DNA from: Spirochaetales bacterium
GTDB taxonomy: Bacteria > Spirochaetota > Spirochaetia > DSM-27196 > PWMO01
Direction of reading: 5' to 3'
Length of the DNA stretch: 36,459 bases
Assembly (NCBI GenBank): GCA_007123465.1
Contig: SKLB01000329.1
Location: 1-36,459, forward strand
How positions within the stretch are numbered: position 1 is the first letter of the stretch; each line of letters starts with the position of its first letter. A program made the translations under genes and the position numbers. The notes under the pieces were generated by a model. The model did not search any database and was not told where the DNA came from. It saw only the letters and a list, made by a program, of their open reading frames with translations. Below, piece by piece: positions 35,403 through 36,459 of the stretch.

Positions 35403-36459
35403 GGTGAGGTTTCCTTGGCGCCCACGGTGTAACCGAGTGACCTGAGCGCTTCTTCGGCCACGCGGCGTTCATCCCAATCGATGGCACCGTCGTGATAGAT
35501 GATGTTGCCTTCGTGGCCCTTGCCCAGCATGACCACGGTGTCTTCGGGGCCGGCCAGCTCCAGTGCGCTGTGAATCGCCTCGCGGCGGTCGGGGATCAGG
35601 AGCAGCGATTGGCCCTCGCGCAGGGCTGGGTTCTGCTTCAGGGCCCCGTCGGCAATCTGGCGCAGGATCGTAAGCGGATCTTCTCCGCGCGGATCTTCAT
35701 CAGCGAGTACCAGCGTGTCGCAGTAACGCGCCGCTATGGCGCCCTGCAGCGGGCGCTTCTGGACATCGCGTTCACCGGCCGAACCGAAGACGGCGATCAG
35801 CTTGCCCTTTGTGTGCGAGCGAAAGATCGGAAACACCTTTTCGAAGGAACCCGGGCTGTGTGCGTAGTCGACGATAACGCTGAACGGCTGCGTCCCGGCA
35901 ACCGGAGCCATGCGACCTGGCACCGGCTGCAAAGACCCGATAGCGCTCGCCAGCTCGGCTACCGGTAGCTGCAGCAGCCGTGAAACGCAGAGAACAGCCG
36001 CCAGGGCGTTCTCAATGTTGAAGCGCGCCGGGGCGGCAATCCTGACCGCCGTCGCTGTGCCTGCAACATGATCGGCAAACTCGCAGTCGCTGTGCTCGCT
36101 GCTGTAGCGGCAGGCGATTGCCTGCAGGTCTACATCAGATCGGTCGATAGCGTAGCGATAGACCGGCCGCGCGGTGGCGCGCTCAAACCAGTTGTGGTTG
36201 GCATCATCGGCATTGACCACGCCGAAACTGTCCCGGCTGTCTCTCAGTGCACCAAAGAGGTTGGTCTTGTCATCGCGGTAGCGCTCGAAACTGCCGTGGA
36301 ATTCCAGGTGTTCGTGCGAGATATTGGTGAACAGCGCCACATCAAAGCGCAGGCCCAACAGCCGTGCGGTGCGCCGCGAGAGTCCGTGCGAGGTGGCCTC
36401 GATAACCGCGAAGCGGTATCCGGCGTCGCGCATGGACGCCAGATTGCGCTGAATCTCGG
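35396..36459 (-). CDS. murE: UDP-N-acetylmuramoyl-dipeptide amino acid ligase MurE, 5' end outside the window
   Basis: EATSHGL, FTNISHEHLEFH, VPGRM, VDYAH, FGSAGERD, EDPR and GKGHE. The frame stays open to the window end (EIQRNLASMRD). Confidence 0.93.
   Translation of the reverse strand, partial: EIQRNLASMRDAGYRFAVIEATSHGLSRRTARLLGLRFDVALFTNISHEHLEFHGSFERYRDDKTNLFGALRDSRDSFGVVNADDANHNWFERATARPVYRYAIDRSDVDLQAIACRYSSEHSDCEFADHVAGTATAVRIAAPARFNIENALAAVLCVSRLLQLPVAELASAIGSLQPVPGRMAPVAGTQPFSVIVDYAHSPGSFEKVFPIFRSHTKGKLIAVFGSAGERDVQKRPLQGAIAARYCDTLVLADEDPRGEDPLTILRQIADGALKQNPALREGQSLLLIPDRREAIHSALELAGPEDTVVMLGKGHEGNIIYHDGAIDWDERRVAEEALRSLGYTVGAKETSPC

Noticed and set aside
1-36459. CRISPR arrays, tRNA/rRNA, IS elements, prophage or defence systems
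   Set aside because: No spaced repeats, cloverleafs, transposase/integrase or nuclease motifs seen; intergenic gaps are too short.

Overview
GC-rich, densely coding bacterial chromosome segment with no rRNA, tRNA, CRISPR, transposase or phage genes that I can support. The gene content suggests a free-living, probably halo/alkaliphilic Spirochaetaceae member (inference from MurE EDPR, the long PGM-like protein, the M28-like membrane protein, and Mrp plus NQR-like Na+ bioenergetics). From left to right: a minus-strand Mrp/Mnh cation:H+ antiporter operon in Mbh-type order (E-F-G-DUF4040-MbhE-B-C-D, with mrpD truncated by the window) preceded by LtaS-family and GDPD genes; PTS IIA and rubredoxin; aroK-aroC; an exported hypothetical; a REC-PAS-GGDEF-EAL protein; an nqrBCDEF-like operon with no nqrA at its head and a trailing hypothetical gene; SDR, AI-2E, trpS and a cluster-less MutY; a PGM/PMM family gene divergent from a dual-REC regulator and hybrid histidine kinase; divergent ribA versus ribD-reductase plus FkbM methyltransferase; dapL, GAF (MsrC-like), dinB, M28-like membrane protein, nitroreductase, ddl and partial murE. 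The best candidate for an uncharacterised system is the NqrA-less NQR/RNF-intermediate complex with its trailing gene. Other candidates are the Mrp subunit with a soluble extension, the ribA/ribD2/FkbM module, and recurrent promoters that sit almost on SD-less start codons. All calls come from motif reading; no searches were run.
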